Source: an uncultured bacterium | Lineage (GTDB): Bacteria > Zixibacteria > MSB-5A5 > CAIYYT01 | Direction of reading: 5' to 3' | DNA: 64,000 nucleotides | NCBI GenBank assembly: GCA_963698225.1 | Contig: CAVOPW010000022.1 | Location: 26,244-90,243 of the forward strand | Shown here: positions 20,769-30,595 of the stretch, one piece after another | Numbering within the stretch: position 1 is the first letter of the stretch | Layout of the letters: each line of letters starts with the position of its first letter | Made by a program: the position numbers and the translations under genes | The notes under the pieces: model-generated | Told to the model about the DNA's origin: nothing | The model's input: only the letters and a program-made list of their open reading frames with translations | Database searches by the model: none

Positions 20769-22760
20769 CTACAACACGATACGAAAGGTCGTCGGCTCAC
20801 CATCGAGTAGTTCCATTGTCCCGCCGTGATCGACCACGATCCGACGGCAAATCGCCAGACCCAATCCGGTTCCGTCCGGGCGGGTCGTAAAATACGGTTG
20901 AAAGATCCTGGTCCGATCTTCCGGGGGGATCGGCGCGCCGGAATTTTGAATGTCAATCCGGATGCGTCCGGCCGGGTCTTTGCCGGCAATAATCCAAATA
21001 TCGCCAGTGTCAGCAATGGACTGAAGCGCATTCTGAACCAGATTGACGAAAACTTTCTTCATTTCGCTTTTGTCAACCGCCACTGCCAGGCCGGGCTCGA
21101 CGTTGATATTGACGGCGACACCGCGCTTCTCGGCCTCCAGTCGCACCAGTGCAGTAATCTCATTCAAGTAGGGCTTTAACTCAACTAAAACTTTGGCAAG
21201 TTGGCCGCCTCGGGCGAGAGCGAGGAAGTCCTTAATGATGGCATTAAGCCGTTCAATTTCCTCTCGGATGGTCTGGAGAAATGCCCGGTATTCGTCGGTA
21301 TTGCCGGCCGGGGTAAACTCCAATTGCAGTCGCTGCGCTGCGATGGCGATGGAATTGAGCGGATTACGGATTTCATGCGCGACACCGGCCGCGAGCGTGC
21401 CCAATTCTGAAAGTCGTTCGGCGGCACGGGCGTTTTCTTCCAAACGCTTCATTTCCGTGAGATCATAGATGAGCGAAACGCCGCCATTAAGCGATCCGGT
21501 CGGGTCAAACAGCGGTGAAGTCGAGACGAGCAGATGCAGACGCGGAGTATCCGGCCGATTAAGGACGGTCTCTCCGCGGAAGACACGTGCGGGTCCGCTG
21601 CGAATACGATTGAGGGACAACTCATCGTCGCTGAAGATCTCATCATAGAACTTGCCGAGGACAGCGCGTGAAGAGCGCGCAAAAATCCGTTCGGCGAGGG
21701 GGTTGAAGATAATCAAGCGGCTGGATTTATCGGTTGCGATGACCGCGGCTTCGAGGGACTGAACGATTTCGTCGGTCATGGATTTCAGTTGTTCAAGGCT
21801 ACCCTCAGTGACCTGCAGCTTCTTGCTTGAGGTTGTGGCGTAGGCGCCGACGATTCCGAGTGCGAAGAGCACGAGGGAGAGAATTCCGAGTTGCTTGAGC
21901 GAGTCGATGTAAAGTTGATGATAGACGTTGAGGGACATGCCAATGCGGAAAAGGCCCGAGGGCATAACGTCGCTCTTGAAGGAGCGCACAACTTCAAGAA
22001 TCTGCTCGTCCTCGAATTCATAGAGGCGGTTGACGGTCTGTTCGTGTCCAAGAGCATCCACAAGGAACGGATCGTCCGGAATTGCCACCATTGGCGCAAT
22101 TGCACGAGAGGCGAGAACGATACCGGAATCGGTTTGGAGCACGGCATAACTGATAGCCTCCTGGCCCCCCAACTGGCGAATGACGTAGCCGATGCCGAGC
22201 GATTCCTGGAAGTCGGTCAGTTTGCGAACGGGCGCCTCGAGCAGGAGTGCACCGCGCCGAGTTGCGGTTGCCAGGTAAGCGAGATTGTCCTGGGGCAGCG
22301 CCGATGGCAGGGGGACGGAGATTGCGGTGCTTTTTTGTTTGGAGAAGATTGAATCCAGAACCGCCATGCGTTCGGGCTCAAATTCGATGGTCTTGCCAAC
22401 GTTTTCGCTCCAGGAAGATGCGGCGACGATCGAATCTGTGGTGATGAAATCAATGCGGGCGAGTTGGTATCGTCGTTCCCAGTATTCGAGCGTGTCGACC
22501 AAGTGCGGATTGCCATCGAGGAGACGGCCAAGCAAGGTGCCGATTTCCACCAAGCGCTGTGCGCTGGATTCTTCGACGATTGCCGAGGCGGCGAGGTTGT
22601 TTCCGGCGGAAGTGACCAGTGCCTGCATCATTGATTCGCCGTTTTGAGCGATCAAATGCAGCATATTGTCGCGGCTCGACTCAATGCCGGAGTAAGCGAG
22701 AACCAAAATGATCACGCCGACTAAGATGGTCAGCGTCAGGATGATGCGGCCGCGCATCAT
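20769..22760 (-). CDS. Membrane sensor histidine kinase with PAS domain (NtrB/ZraS/AtoS-like)
   Basis: Two TMs, periplasmic domain, PAS, AHEIRNPL, NLVQNA, FQPYFTTR..GTGLGL. Confidence 0.9.
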   Translation of the reverse strand: MMRGRIILTLTILVGVIILVLAYSGIESSRDNMLHLIAQNGESMMQALVTSAGNNLAASAIVEESSAQRLVEIGTLLGRLLDGNPHLVDTLEYWERRYQLARIDFITTDSIVAASSWSENVGKTIEFEPERMAVLDSIFSKQKSTAISVPLPSALPQDNLAYLATATRRGALLLEAPVRKLTDFQESLGIGYVIRQLGGQEAISYAVLQTDSGIVLASRAIAPMVAIPDDPFLVDALGHEQTVNRLYEFEDEQILEVVRSFKSDVMPSGLFRIGMSLNVYHQLYIDSLKQLGILSLVLFALGIVGAYATTSSKKLQVTEGSLEQLKSMTDEIVQSLEAAVIATDKSSRLIIFNPLAERIFARSSRAVLGKFYDEIFSDDELSLNRIRSGPARVFRGETVLNRPDTPRLHLLVSTSPLFDPTGSLNGGVSLIYDLTEMKRLEENARAAERLSELGTLAAGVAHEIRNPLNSIAIAAQRLQLEFTPAGNTDEYRAFLQTIREEIERLNAIIKDFLALARGGQLAKVLVELKPYLNEITALVRLEAEKRGVAVNINVEPGLAVAVDKSEMKKVFVNLVQNALQSIADTGDIWIIAGKDPAGRIRIDIQNSGAPIPPEDRTRIFQPYFTTRPDGTGLGLAICRRIVVDHGGTMELLDGEPTTFRIVL

Positions 22761-22836
22761 CGCCTAACCCACTCTAATTTTTCGTTTGTCTTCACAGTGC
22801 GAATATGATACTTTCCAATTGTTCAACCAAGCGATT

Positions 22837-23625
22837 ATGCGAGTAGGATTTCTTCAATACAATGTGGTCTTTGGCGAGCCGGAGACGAATCGCAGGCGCG
22901 TCGCTGATCTTATCGGTGACTTGCGATTCGATCTGCTGGTGCTGCCGGAACTCTGCTTCTCGGGGTACTATATGCCTTCGCGGAAGGCGACATTTCAGAT
23001 GGCTGAGAATTTTGGGACCGGCACGAGTTTCGACTTCGTCAGGGGGATAGCCAGGCGTCATGACGGAGCCGTAGTTTTTGGATTTCCGGAGTTGAGCGGC
23101 GACAGGGTTTACAATTCGGCGGCGCTGGTTCTTCCGGACGGAAATTGTCATCTTTACCGCAAGACGCATTTATTCAATCTGGAGAAGAACTGGTTCGACG
23201 CGGGAGACACCGGATTTTCGATTCACGAGTTCCGCGGATGTCGGCTCGGATTAATGATCTGTTTTGACTGGCGATTTCCAGAATCAGCCCGGACTTTGAT
23301 GTTAAAGGGAGCGGATATCATTTGTCATCCGTCGAATCTGGTTCTGCCGAACTGCCAGGACGCGATGGTGACCAGATGCCTGGAGAATGGAGTTTTTGCA
23401 GTGACCTGCAACCGCTGGGGTGCAGACCGGCAGGGTGAAGAAGAGATCCGGTTCACCGGGCGGAGTCAGATAACCTCGTCGCGCGGGGAAGTTTTGGCCC
23501 GTGCTCAAGCCGAAGAAGATATCGTAGCCTTTGTCGAGATAGACCCCATTTGCGCCCGAGACAAGGCTGTAAACGCATTAAACGACATGGTTTCCGACCG
23601 AAAAGAAGAGTATTACTTCAAGTAG
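22837..23625 (+). CDS. Carbon-nitrogen hydrolase (nitrilase superfamily)
   Basis: Catalytic E-K-C: LPEL, YRKTHLF, ICFDWRFPE. Confidence 0.92.
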   Translation: MRVGFLQYNVVFGEPETNRRRVADLIGDLRFDLLVLPELCFSGYYMPSRKATFQMAENFGTGTSFDFVRGIARRHDGAVVFGFPELSGDRVYNSAALVLPDGNCHLYRKTHLFNLEKNWFDAGDTGFSIHEFRGCRLGLMICFDWRFPESARTLMLKGADIICHPSNLVLPNCQDAMVTRCLENGVFAVTCNRWGADRQGEEEIRFTGRSQITSSRGEVLARAQAEEDIVAFVEIDPICARDKAVNALNDMVSDRKEEYYFK

Positions 23626-23677
23626 CCGCTCCCGCCTCCGACGTGCTAATTGTCCTCACCCTCCGCGCAAATCGAGC

Positions 23678-23704
23678 TAAAGAACGCAGCTTCTGTTCCG
23701 ATAA
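23678..23704 (+). promoter_or_regulatory. sigma28 (FliA) promoter
   Basis: TAAA-N15-TCCGATAA 35 nt before the receiver gene. Confidence 0.7.
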
Positions 23705-23739
23705 CTTAAAGGAACCGTTTTCAAATTGGAAGTGCGGAT

Positions 23740-24129
23740 ATGGGTTTAAGAAAAGCAAAAATATTGGTCGTCGATGATGAACCCGAGATTACTGACATTC
23801 TCGAGGCGTTTCTCAGCAATGCCGGTCACACCGTCGTCGCCGAAAATTCCGCAGTGATGGGGCTTGAACGGGCCAAGACTTTCAAGCCCGACATGATTTT
23901 CCTCGATATCATGATGCCGCAGATGGATGGCTATGAAATCTGCAATGAACTCAAGAAAGATCAACTGACCGAGAATATTCCGGTGATTTTTCTGACCGGA
24001 AAAGACACTTCGGACGATCAGGGCCGGGGCTTCAAAGCGGGTGGCGATATGTTCATCAAGAAGCCGTTTGTTTGCGAACGACTGCTCGAAATAGTCAATG
24101 TTGTGCTCCTTAGTTTTGCTAAGGTATAG
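23740..24129 (+). CDS. Single-domain response regulator (CheY-like)
   Basis: VVDDE, LDIMMP, FLT, KPF. Confidence 0.9.
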   Translation: MGLRKAKILVVDDEPEITDILEAFLSNAGHTVVAENSAVMGLERAKTFKPDMIFLDIMMPQMDGYEICNELKKDQLTENIPVIFLTGKDTSDDQGRGFKAGGDMFIKKPFVCERLLEIVNVVLLSFAKV

Positions 24130-24186
24130 TGGATATACCTTAAGTGTTGCTGTAGGATGGCTGTGGTGGCAGCCATCCTTTTTTTC

Positions 24187-24216
24187 TTGACAATATTTGT
24201 GCGGTGCACAATATTG
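24187..24216 (+). promoter_or_regulatory. Promoter with overlapping PhaR-type operator
   Basis: TTGACA at 24187; imperfect palindrome CAATATTTGTGC-ggt-GCACAATATTG containing TGCGGTGCACAA. Confidence 0.6.
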
Positions 24217-24240
24217 CATGCAGAGGTTACTCGTGGCGCA

Positions 24241-24804
24241 ATGAAGACAATTAAACGATATCCCAATCGACTTCTGTACGATACGACCATTAGCCGATTC
24301 GTTACCGGGCCGGACTTACGCCTGTACATCCGGCGGGATGTAGCTTTTCAGATAGTCGATAGTCGTTCCGGAGAGGATGTGACGGTACCGGTGTTGGGAC
24401 AGTTGTTTGTTGACGAAATTACGGCCAAGAACAATAAGAGGTCAATCATCGAAACGTTGCGGGGCTTCATCGCCCTGGGAGGAGAATTCAAAATGGATAT
24501 CCTGAAAAAAACCGTGCTGGCGTCGATCGGTGTGTTTGAAATCACCAAGAGCAAGGCGGAAGAAATTGTCGACACGCTGATCAAGGAAGGGGAGATTGCC
24601 AAGACGAAACGTTCGGAAGCGATCCTGGAATTGCTCGACAAAGCCGAGAGCTCGACGAAGGATCTGAAGGAAAGGATTTCCAAGGATGTCGAGATAACCA
24701 TTGAAAACCTCAAGGTTGCCAGGAAGAAGGATCTGGAGGAACTGAGCCGCAAGGTTGACGATCTGGCCGAGCAAGTGCGGAAGATTGCGGACAGGCTGAC
24801 GTAA
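24241..24804 (+). CDS. PhaR-type DNA-binding domain fused to phasin-like domain
   Basis: IKRYPNRLLYDT..SRFVT..(F)QIVDSRSGEDVT (PHB_acc_N); MDILKKTVLASIG...KAEEIVDTLIKEGEI..ARKKDLEELSRKVDDL (phasin family). Confidence 0.8.
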   Translation: MKTIKRYPNRLLYDTTISRFVTGPDLRLYIRRDVAFQIVDSRSGEDVTVPVLGQLFVDEITAKNNKRSIIETLRGFIALGGEFKMDILKKTVLASIGVFEITKSKAEEIVDTLIKEGEIAKTKRSEAILELLDKAESSTKDLKERISKDVEITIENLKVARKKDLEELSRKVDDLAEQVRKIADRLT

Positions 24805-24979
24805 CCGATCACTGAACAGAAGTTAGTCAACCGCGTCAGGAGAAGGTGGCATTAGATAGGCATGTATCGCCATAGCGATAATTCACAGTGGCTAAAAACA
24901 GGGGAGAGGCTTATATTGTCATAGTGGGAGTGGAGGATTCGGAGTCCGGGGTGGGATTCCGTGTGAGGTGGTTGGTTCT

Positions 24980-27900
24980 ATGCGGCTTGCGAAAACAATT
25001 ATTACCTGCTGTTGTCTCCTTTCGGTTCTGACCTCATCAGTAAGTGCAATCAGTTACAGTTCAAAGGGAAAACAGCCTGGGCAAAGTCAGGATACAAGGC
25101 GTGTTATAGTCAAGATTCGCAATTTGGCGAACAATTCAAAAAGCGGGAATGCGACGGCGCACGAGTCAGCACTTGGCGAGTTACTTGGCAAATCTAATCC
25201 AATATCAGTCAGTCAATTTGCCGAGGCTCGTCCGAACCAAGCGACCGGCGAGAAATTTGCGAGAATTCGGGTCATCGAGTTCGCGACGGCCACGGAGGCA
25301 AGTGACTTTATAGCCAATTCGGCCGGATCCGACGTGATTGAGTATGCCGAACCGGACTATGTGCTGGAGCTCTTCGAAATCCCCAATGACGGACTTTTCC
25401 GTTATCAGTGGAATCTACGAAATATAGGCCAGGAGTACTACTCGGTTCTGCGATTTGACGGCAACAACAATGATATCCAGACCATGTTGACCGGCAATGA
25501 GGGTGCTGATATCCGAAGCACCGATGCTCCGGAAGCCAGCAACAGCGCCGAGGTGATTGTGGCGATCATCGATACGGGTCTCGATCGATACCATCCTGAT
25601 CTTAATGGCAGTGTGTGGCAGAACATGGATGAGATTCCGGCAAACAACGTCGACGACGATCACAATGGCTATGTGGATGATACCTGGGGCTGGGATTATT
25701 CCGCCAATGAAGCGTCGATCCCGATCTACTCCGACAATGACCCGGACGATACCTATGGCCACGGCACGCATTGTGCGGGCATCATTGCGGCGCAAACCAA
25801 CAACAATATCGGGATTGCGGGGGTGTCCAAGCACGCTAAATTGATGCCTTTGAAGATCTACCCGACGATGTCAGTTTCTCTGGCGGCCAGGGCGGTGATC
25901 TATGCTGCCGATAACGGAGCCGATGTTATCAGCATGTCGTGGGGGATGTCCTACGAATCGCTGTTGTTGCGCGATGCTCTGCTGTATGCGCGGGAAAAAG
26001 GAGCGGTCCTATGTGCCGGAAGCGGTAACTCGGGAGCCGAAGACCAGTTCTTTCCTGCAGCTTTTGAGTTTGTAATCGCTGTTGGGGCCACTGACAGCCG
26101 GGATAAGGTTGCGGGATTTTCTACATTTGGCGCGCATCTCGACCTCTGTGCCCCCGGAGAATCGATCCTGTCTTTGCGCGCAAGAAACACCGATATGTAC
26201 GCGGCATCACCATCAAACGAACCGCTGGTGCACGTGGTCGAGGATTGGTTTTATGAAGCATCCGGCACCAGCATGGCTTGTCCGCATGTTGCCGGAGTAA
26301 TAGCGGAAATGCGTGCGCAGTCGCCGGGGCTGCCTTCCGACAGTATCAAACGAATTTTGAATGCTACGAGCGATGATCTGGTTGATCCGCAGGGGGAGGG
26401 GGCGAGTCTTGTCGGCTGGGACCGGTTCAGCGGTTTTGGCCGAGTGAACCTGGAGCGCGCACTGGAAAGCACACCGACGACGCAGGCCCGCATCGAGCAG
26501 CCCCAGGAGGGATCAATTCTTTCCGGCAGAGTCCAGATCGTCGGCAGGGCATTTGATGAGGGCATCCTGGACTATGCGCTGGATTACCGGCGGGTCGGTG
26601 ATTCTGAATGGAGACTGATTCGACAAAGCGCGGCGACTGTAACCTCCGGCGTGCTCAGCACGTGGGACACGGGTCAATTGTCCGGGCTCTATGAGATTCG
26701 TTTGCGCGTCGGTGCTTCGAATGAGTCACGCAGGACTGTGTTGTTAGTGCCCGAGGCCATTGTCGAGATTGCTCTGCCGGAGGGCAGTAACGTTTCGTCA
26801 GGCGCCGTCGAGCTGGGCCTGAACTCAATCTGCCCGAACTTCGAGAGGACGGTGATCGATTATCGTCCGGCCGCAAGCAGCGAGGATTGGACGACGATTG
26901 CCGAGTTGACCGCGCCGGCAGTGGGCGAGACAAGTGTCTTCTGGGATCTCATGGCGGTGCCGAATGGCGAATATATCGTGCGGGCCCGCGTCTTCAGTTC
27001 CTCCGGGTTGGAGGACTCATTCGAGGATTCACTCACTGTGGTTTCGCCATTCTCCGGGAACCACGGTTGGCGCGCCGAAATCGGTGCGAACGCAGCGATA
27101 ATGGCAAATTATGGTGATTTTGACGGCGATGGACGCAACGAGATTGTGGTGGGGACCGACTCGGGTCTCGCGTTTTTTGATCTTGAAGGAAATCGCCAAT
27201 ACGCGGGAATGCCGGATCTGCCGGAAGAGAATTTCCTGGTAGTCCCGGTTGTCTGCTCGATCGACTCTGACTCCGTCGACGATTTGGCGGTAATTGCAGA
27301 AACTTCGAATCTGATCTACGGACTGTCTTCGAGCGGGAGGATTTTTCGTGATGTCGTCTACAACTCGCCGCGAACGTCGCTGTACGGTTCGCTAAGCGAG
27401 GCGTATTTCCCGTTGTTGTTTGCGCGGGATCTCGACCACGACGGTTTCGACGAGATCATTTACAAATCGGGCGGCAGTTCCACGGGACCCAGTCAGATCA
27501 AAATTGTGAGTCCACATCCGGCTTCAGGATCGTGCTTCCCGCTGGATCTCGAAGGGGGCATGGTTCAGGCTGCGGACCTGGATCGCGACTCGCTGGATGA
27601 GTTGTACATCATGGACCGGAACGGCTTGTTGAAGAAGATTAATCTCTGCGGCGAAACGCAACGGACGATGAATTTTGTTTTTGGCGATTATCACCTAACA
27701 CCATCCGGATTGACAGCGGCGGATGCCGACGGCGACGGTGACCACGACTTAGTGCTGATGGGATATCTATGGCGACCGGATCGGAACTACGGGTACTTCC
27801 TGATTGTGATGGACTCGGATCTCCGGGTGCTAAAAAAAGAGGCACGCAGTCTCGGGATACCATCATTCCTGGATCCGCCGATGGCGGTTTATGGCGACAT

Positions 27901-28729
27901 CGATGGAGACGGACAGCCGGAATCGGTGGTCTCATTTCATGACGGCAATTACGGATATCTGTTTGCCTGGAATGCTGATGGTTCACCGGCCGTTGACGAA
28001 CAGCCGATGAACGGTTTGTTGGCCGCGATCGCGCATCCGGGGATTGCCGCGATGCCGTTGTTAGTAGATGTAAATGGCCGCGGTGGGGCCGATGCAGTTG
28101 TGGCGGCGGGCCGCGATTTGTTCGGCGTGTTTCCGCGCCAGAGGGTAGAAGCTTTCAGCGCTTCCGGGGAACCCGTGGCAGACTGGCCGCTATTCGTGGC
28201 GGCGCATACGCAGGATTATCCTACCAAGGCAAATGTGCCAACATTTGGTGACATTGACGGCGACGGTTACACCGACATGATCATGATCACTCCGGCAAAT
28301 GAGCTGGTCTACACCTCTCTCGCAGGCATGGAGTGGAATGCGAGCAGTTCTCCTTGCCCGATGTGGCGGTACAATCGCCGACTCAACAACATTGCACCGA
28401 TACATCACGATGTTGCCACGGATATTGCATCGGACGGTGACCCACTGCCGAGAGAATACATGACAGCACAGAACTTTCCCAACCCGTTCAATTCGGCAAC
28501 GTCAATTGAGTATGCGATTCCCCGGGCGGGTGATGTCGAGATTAGTGTTTTCAATTTGTCGGGACAGAGAATTCGTAAAATTCTCGTTCCCGGACAAGCG
28601 GCGGGAAAGCACCGAATCCGCTGGGAGGCAGTGAGTCAAGCAGGGGTGATCCTGCCGTCAGGTGTGTACTTCTACCAGGTTGAAAGCAACAACGAGAAGG
28701 CGACCGGCAAGATGGTTCTAGTCAAGTAG
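24980..28729 (+). CDS. Secreted S8 subtilase with Ig-like and FG-GAP repeats and T9SS-A/FlgD-type C-terminal domain
   Basis: IDTG, HGTHCAG, GSGN, GTSMACP; GDFDGDG/GDIDGDG repeats; QNFPNPFN..GVYFYQV..GKMVLVK. Confidence 0.9.
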   Translation: MRLAKTIITCCCLLSVLTSSVSAISYSSKGKQPGQSQDTRRVIVKIRNLANNSKSGNATAHESALGELLGKSNPISVSQFAEARPNQATGEKFARIRVIEFATATEASDFIANSAGSDVIEYAEPDYVLELFEIPNDGLFRYQWNLRNIGQEYYSVLRFDGNNNDIQTMLTGNEGADIRSTDAPEASNSAEVIVAIIDTGLDRYHPDLNGSVWQNMDEIPANNVDDDHNGYVDDTWGWDYSANEASIPIYSDNDPDDTYGHGTHCAGIIAAQTNNNIGIAGVSKHAKLMPLKIYPTMSVSLAARAVIYAADNGADVISMSWGMSYESLLLRDALLYAREKGAVLCAGSGNSGAEDQFFPAAFEFVIAVGATDSRDKVAGFSTFGAHLDLCAPGESILSLRARNTDMYAASPSNEPLVHVVEDWFYEASGTSMACPHVAGVIAEMRAQSPGLPSDSIKRILNATSDDLVDPQGEGASLVGWDRFSGFGRVNLERALESTPTTQARIEQPQEGSILSGRVQIVGRAFDEGILDYALDYRRVGDSEWRLIRQSAATVTSGVLSTWDTGQLSGLYEIRLRVGASNESRRTVLLVPEAIVEIALPEGSNVSSGAVELGLNSICPNFERTVIDYRPAASSEDWTTIAELTAPAVGETSVFWDLMAVPNGEYIVRARVFSSSGLEDSFEDSLTVVSPFSGNHGWRAEIGANAAIMANYGDFDGDGRNEIVVGTDSGLAFFDLEGNRQYAGMPDLPEENFLVVPVVCSIDSDSVDDLAVIAETSNLIYGLSSSGRIFRDVVYNSPRTSLYGSLSEAYFPLLFARDLDHDGFDEIIYKSGGSSTGPSQIKIVSPHPASGSCFPLDLEGGMVQAADLDRDSLDELYIMDRNGLLKKINLCGETQRTMNFVFGDYHLTPSGLTAADADGDGDHDLVLMGYLWRPDRNYGYFLIVMDSDLRVLKKEARSLGIPSFLDPPMAVYGDIDGDGQPESVVSFHDGNYGYLFAWNADGSPAVDEQPMNGLLAAIAHPGIAAMPLLVDVNGRGGADAVVAAGRDLFGVFPRQRVEAFSASGEPVADWPLFVAAHTQDYPTKANVPTFGDIDGDGYTDMIMITPANELVYTSLAGMEWNASSSPCPMWRYNRRLNNIAPIHHDVATDIASDGDPLPREYMTAQNFPNPFNSATSIEYAIPRAGDVEISVFNLSGQRIRKILVPGQAAGKHRIRWEAVSQAGVILPSGVYFYQVESNNEKATGKMVLVK

Positions 28730-28760
28730 CGGGGCTTCAAGAAGACAGTCGCAAAAAGGA

Positions 28761-28789
28761 AACAGGGACTTCAATTGAAGTCCCTGTTC
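28761..28789. terminator. Hairpin between convergent S8 protease genes, probable bidirectional terminator
   Basis: AACAGGGACTTC-aatt-GAAGTCCCTGTT. Confidence 0.75.
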
Positions 28790-28812
28790 GTTTATCGAGA
28801 CAATCGCTGCGT

Positions 28813-30525
28813 CTATGAGCAGAGAGTCGGCGTTGGTCCGCCATTGAAGATGAAACTGATGATAAACACGGCGTCGGAAATCGTGATTGTGCCGGTGCAA
28901 TCGCCGTCTGCCGCAGCGAGCGGCGACGGAGCAGTTCCGGACGCAAAAATGTAGTTGATGATAAACACGGCGTCCGAGATCGTGATGGTGCCGCTGCCAT
29001 CGGCGTCGCCGGGCATGTAGCTCGGCGGTGCGAAGACGTAACGAAGCGCATTCCAGGTATTGATGATACCCCAGCCATAGTTATTGTTCGGCGTTGCTGC
29101 GTTATTTGCGGTGAGCATCAGCGCTTCACGAACCTGCATGTTGGTCCACGTCGGATTTGCACCCCAGACGATGGCGGCAGCGCCGGCAGTCAACGGGCAA
29201 GAGAATGAAGTGCCGCTGGAGAATCCGTAGGAGGCATCTCCTGCGGAACTGGCTACGCTGGCATTTGATCCCAGCGCACAGACCTCAGGCTTGATGCGGC
29301 CATCGGCGGTCGGTCCGCGCGAGGAAAAGCTGACGATAGTGCCGGAGGAATTTACCGCACCGACAGTAATGATGCTGTCGGCGTCCGCCGGTGCACCAAG
29401 CGACTGCGGCGCCGAGCCGGAGTTGCCGGCCGAATTGACGACCAAGATGCCGTAGGATGCGGCGATGTCGGCGGCGATGGTCGATACGCAGAAATCACCA
29501 TTGTAGTTGATCGTAGCATACCAGTCTGTGTAACCGAGCGAAGAAGAGATAATGTCGGCACCAATTGAGTCGGACCATTCGACGGCAGCCGTCCAGTTGT
29601 ATTCTTCCTGAACGGTCTCACTCCTCACGTCTTCGGTCTTGCAGAGAATGAACTGGGCAAGATAAGCCGGACCGTAATGAACGCCGGGATTGGCGCCGCC
29701 GCAGGTGGACCAGGTGCTGGTACCGTGGCTCCAGGCGCTGGCATCGTCGCCGACCTCATTAGAGACATTGCCATCGTTGAAAACAAAGTCGTGTTCAGCG
29801 ATGACGCGGCCGCTGAGGTAAGCCTGCGCGAACGAATTGTGACTCTTACGGAATCCAGTGTCAAAGATCGAGATCAGCATACCCTGACCGGCATAGCCGG
29901 AGTCGTGACAGATCGGGACATTGATTTGTGTCAGCTGAGCGAGCGAGGACCCATAGGAGAGACCGGTTGGCTGCAGAGCCTGTTGGTCGCCCTGCGGAGC
30001 CGTCTTTTCGTAGGTAACCTCTTCGATCGGACGTTTAAAGGTCGCCGTCGGTTGCACGCGTGCCACGAATTCCATTCCGGCAATCATACCGACACGGTTG
30101 AGGTCGATCTCGATTGCGGCAGAATTCAGCCACTTGGAAGTGCTAAGAACCGTCGCACCCATTGACTGCAGCTGGTTTACATAGCGGGCATTGACCGGCA
30201 GATCGGTAAAACGGATTTCCGCGACGCCGTGCTTCTCGCGCCGGGCTTTGGCCCGCGCGGACATACCCGCGTCTGCTGCCAAAGCAGCAGCCTGGAATTC
30301 AGACTTGTTGAAAATACCTTTATCCGTGAAAAAGACCCAGATCTTGACTTTGCCGTCAGCCTGGTTCTTTGCCAGGTAGTCTACGGCGCGGTCGGAAATG
30401 GGGATTTCGCTCTTTGCCCGAAAGAAGCTCGGATCCTGAAAATCGGGACGCTGTTTTGCAGCAGTCATTCCGACTACGAAGAGCAGTGCTATCAGCGCCC
30501 CGGTGCCAAAAACTTTCATGTTCAC
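28813..30525 (-). CDS. Secreted S8 serine protease with C-terminal dockerin-like domain
   Basis: FDTG, HGT, NSAGN, GTSFSCP; duplicated GDADGSGTITISDAVFIINYIF / ADGDCTGTITISDAVFIISFIF. Confidence 0.9.
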   Translation of the reverse strand: MNMKVFGTGALIALLFVVGMTAAKQRPDFQDPSFFRAKSEIPISDRAVDYLAKNQADGKVKIWVFFTDKGIFNKSEFQAAALAADAGMSARAKARREKHGVAEIRFTDLPVNARYVNQLQSMGATVLSTSKWLNSAAIEIDLNRVGMIAGMEFVARVQPTATFKRPIEEVTYEKTAPQGDQQALQPTGLSYGSSLAQLTQINVPICHDSGYAGQGMLISIFDTGFRKSHNSFAQAYLSGRVIAEHDFVFNDGNVSNEVGDDASAWSHGTSTWSTCGGANPGVHYGPAYLAQFILCKTEDVRSETVQEEYNWTAAVEWSDSIGADIISSSLGYTDWYATINYNGDFCVSTIAADIAASYGILVVNSAGNSGSAPQSLGAPADADSIITVGAVNSSGTIVSFSSRGPTADGRIKPEVCALGSNASVASSAGDASYGFSSGTSFSCPLTAGAAAIVWGANPTWTNMQVREALMLTANNAATPNNNYGWGIINTWNALRYVFAPPSYMPGDADGSGTITISDAVFIINYIFASGTAPSPLAAADGDCTGTITISDAVFIISFIFNGGPTPTLCS

Positions 30526-30566
30526 CTCGTGCGTGGTCCTCTATTTGAAGTAGACGTTACTTTAAC

Positions 30567-30595
30567 AAGATATCAACTAATTTCAATTCTGTCAA
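30567..30595 (-). promoter_or_regulatory. sigma70-like promoter
   Basis: TTGACA-N17-TATCTT on minus strand. Confidence 0.6.
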
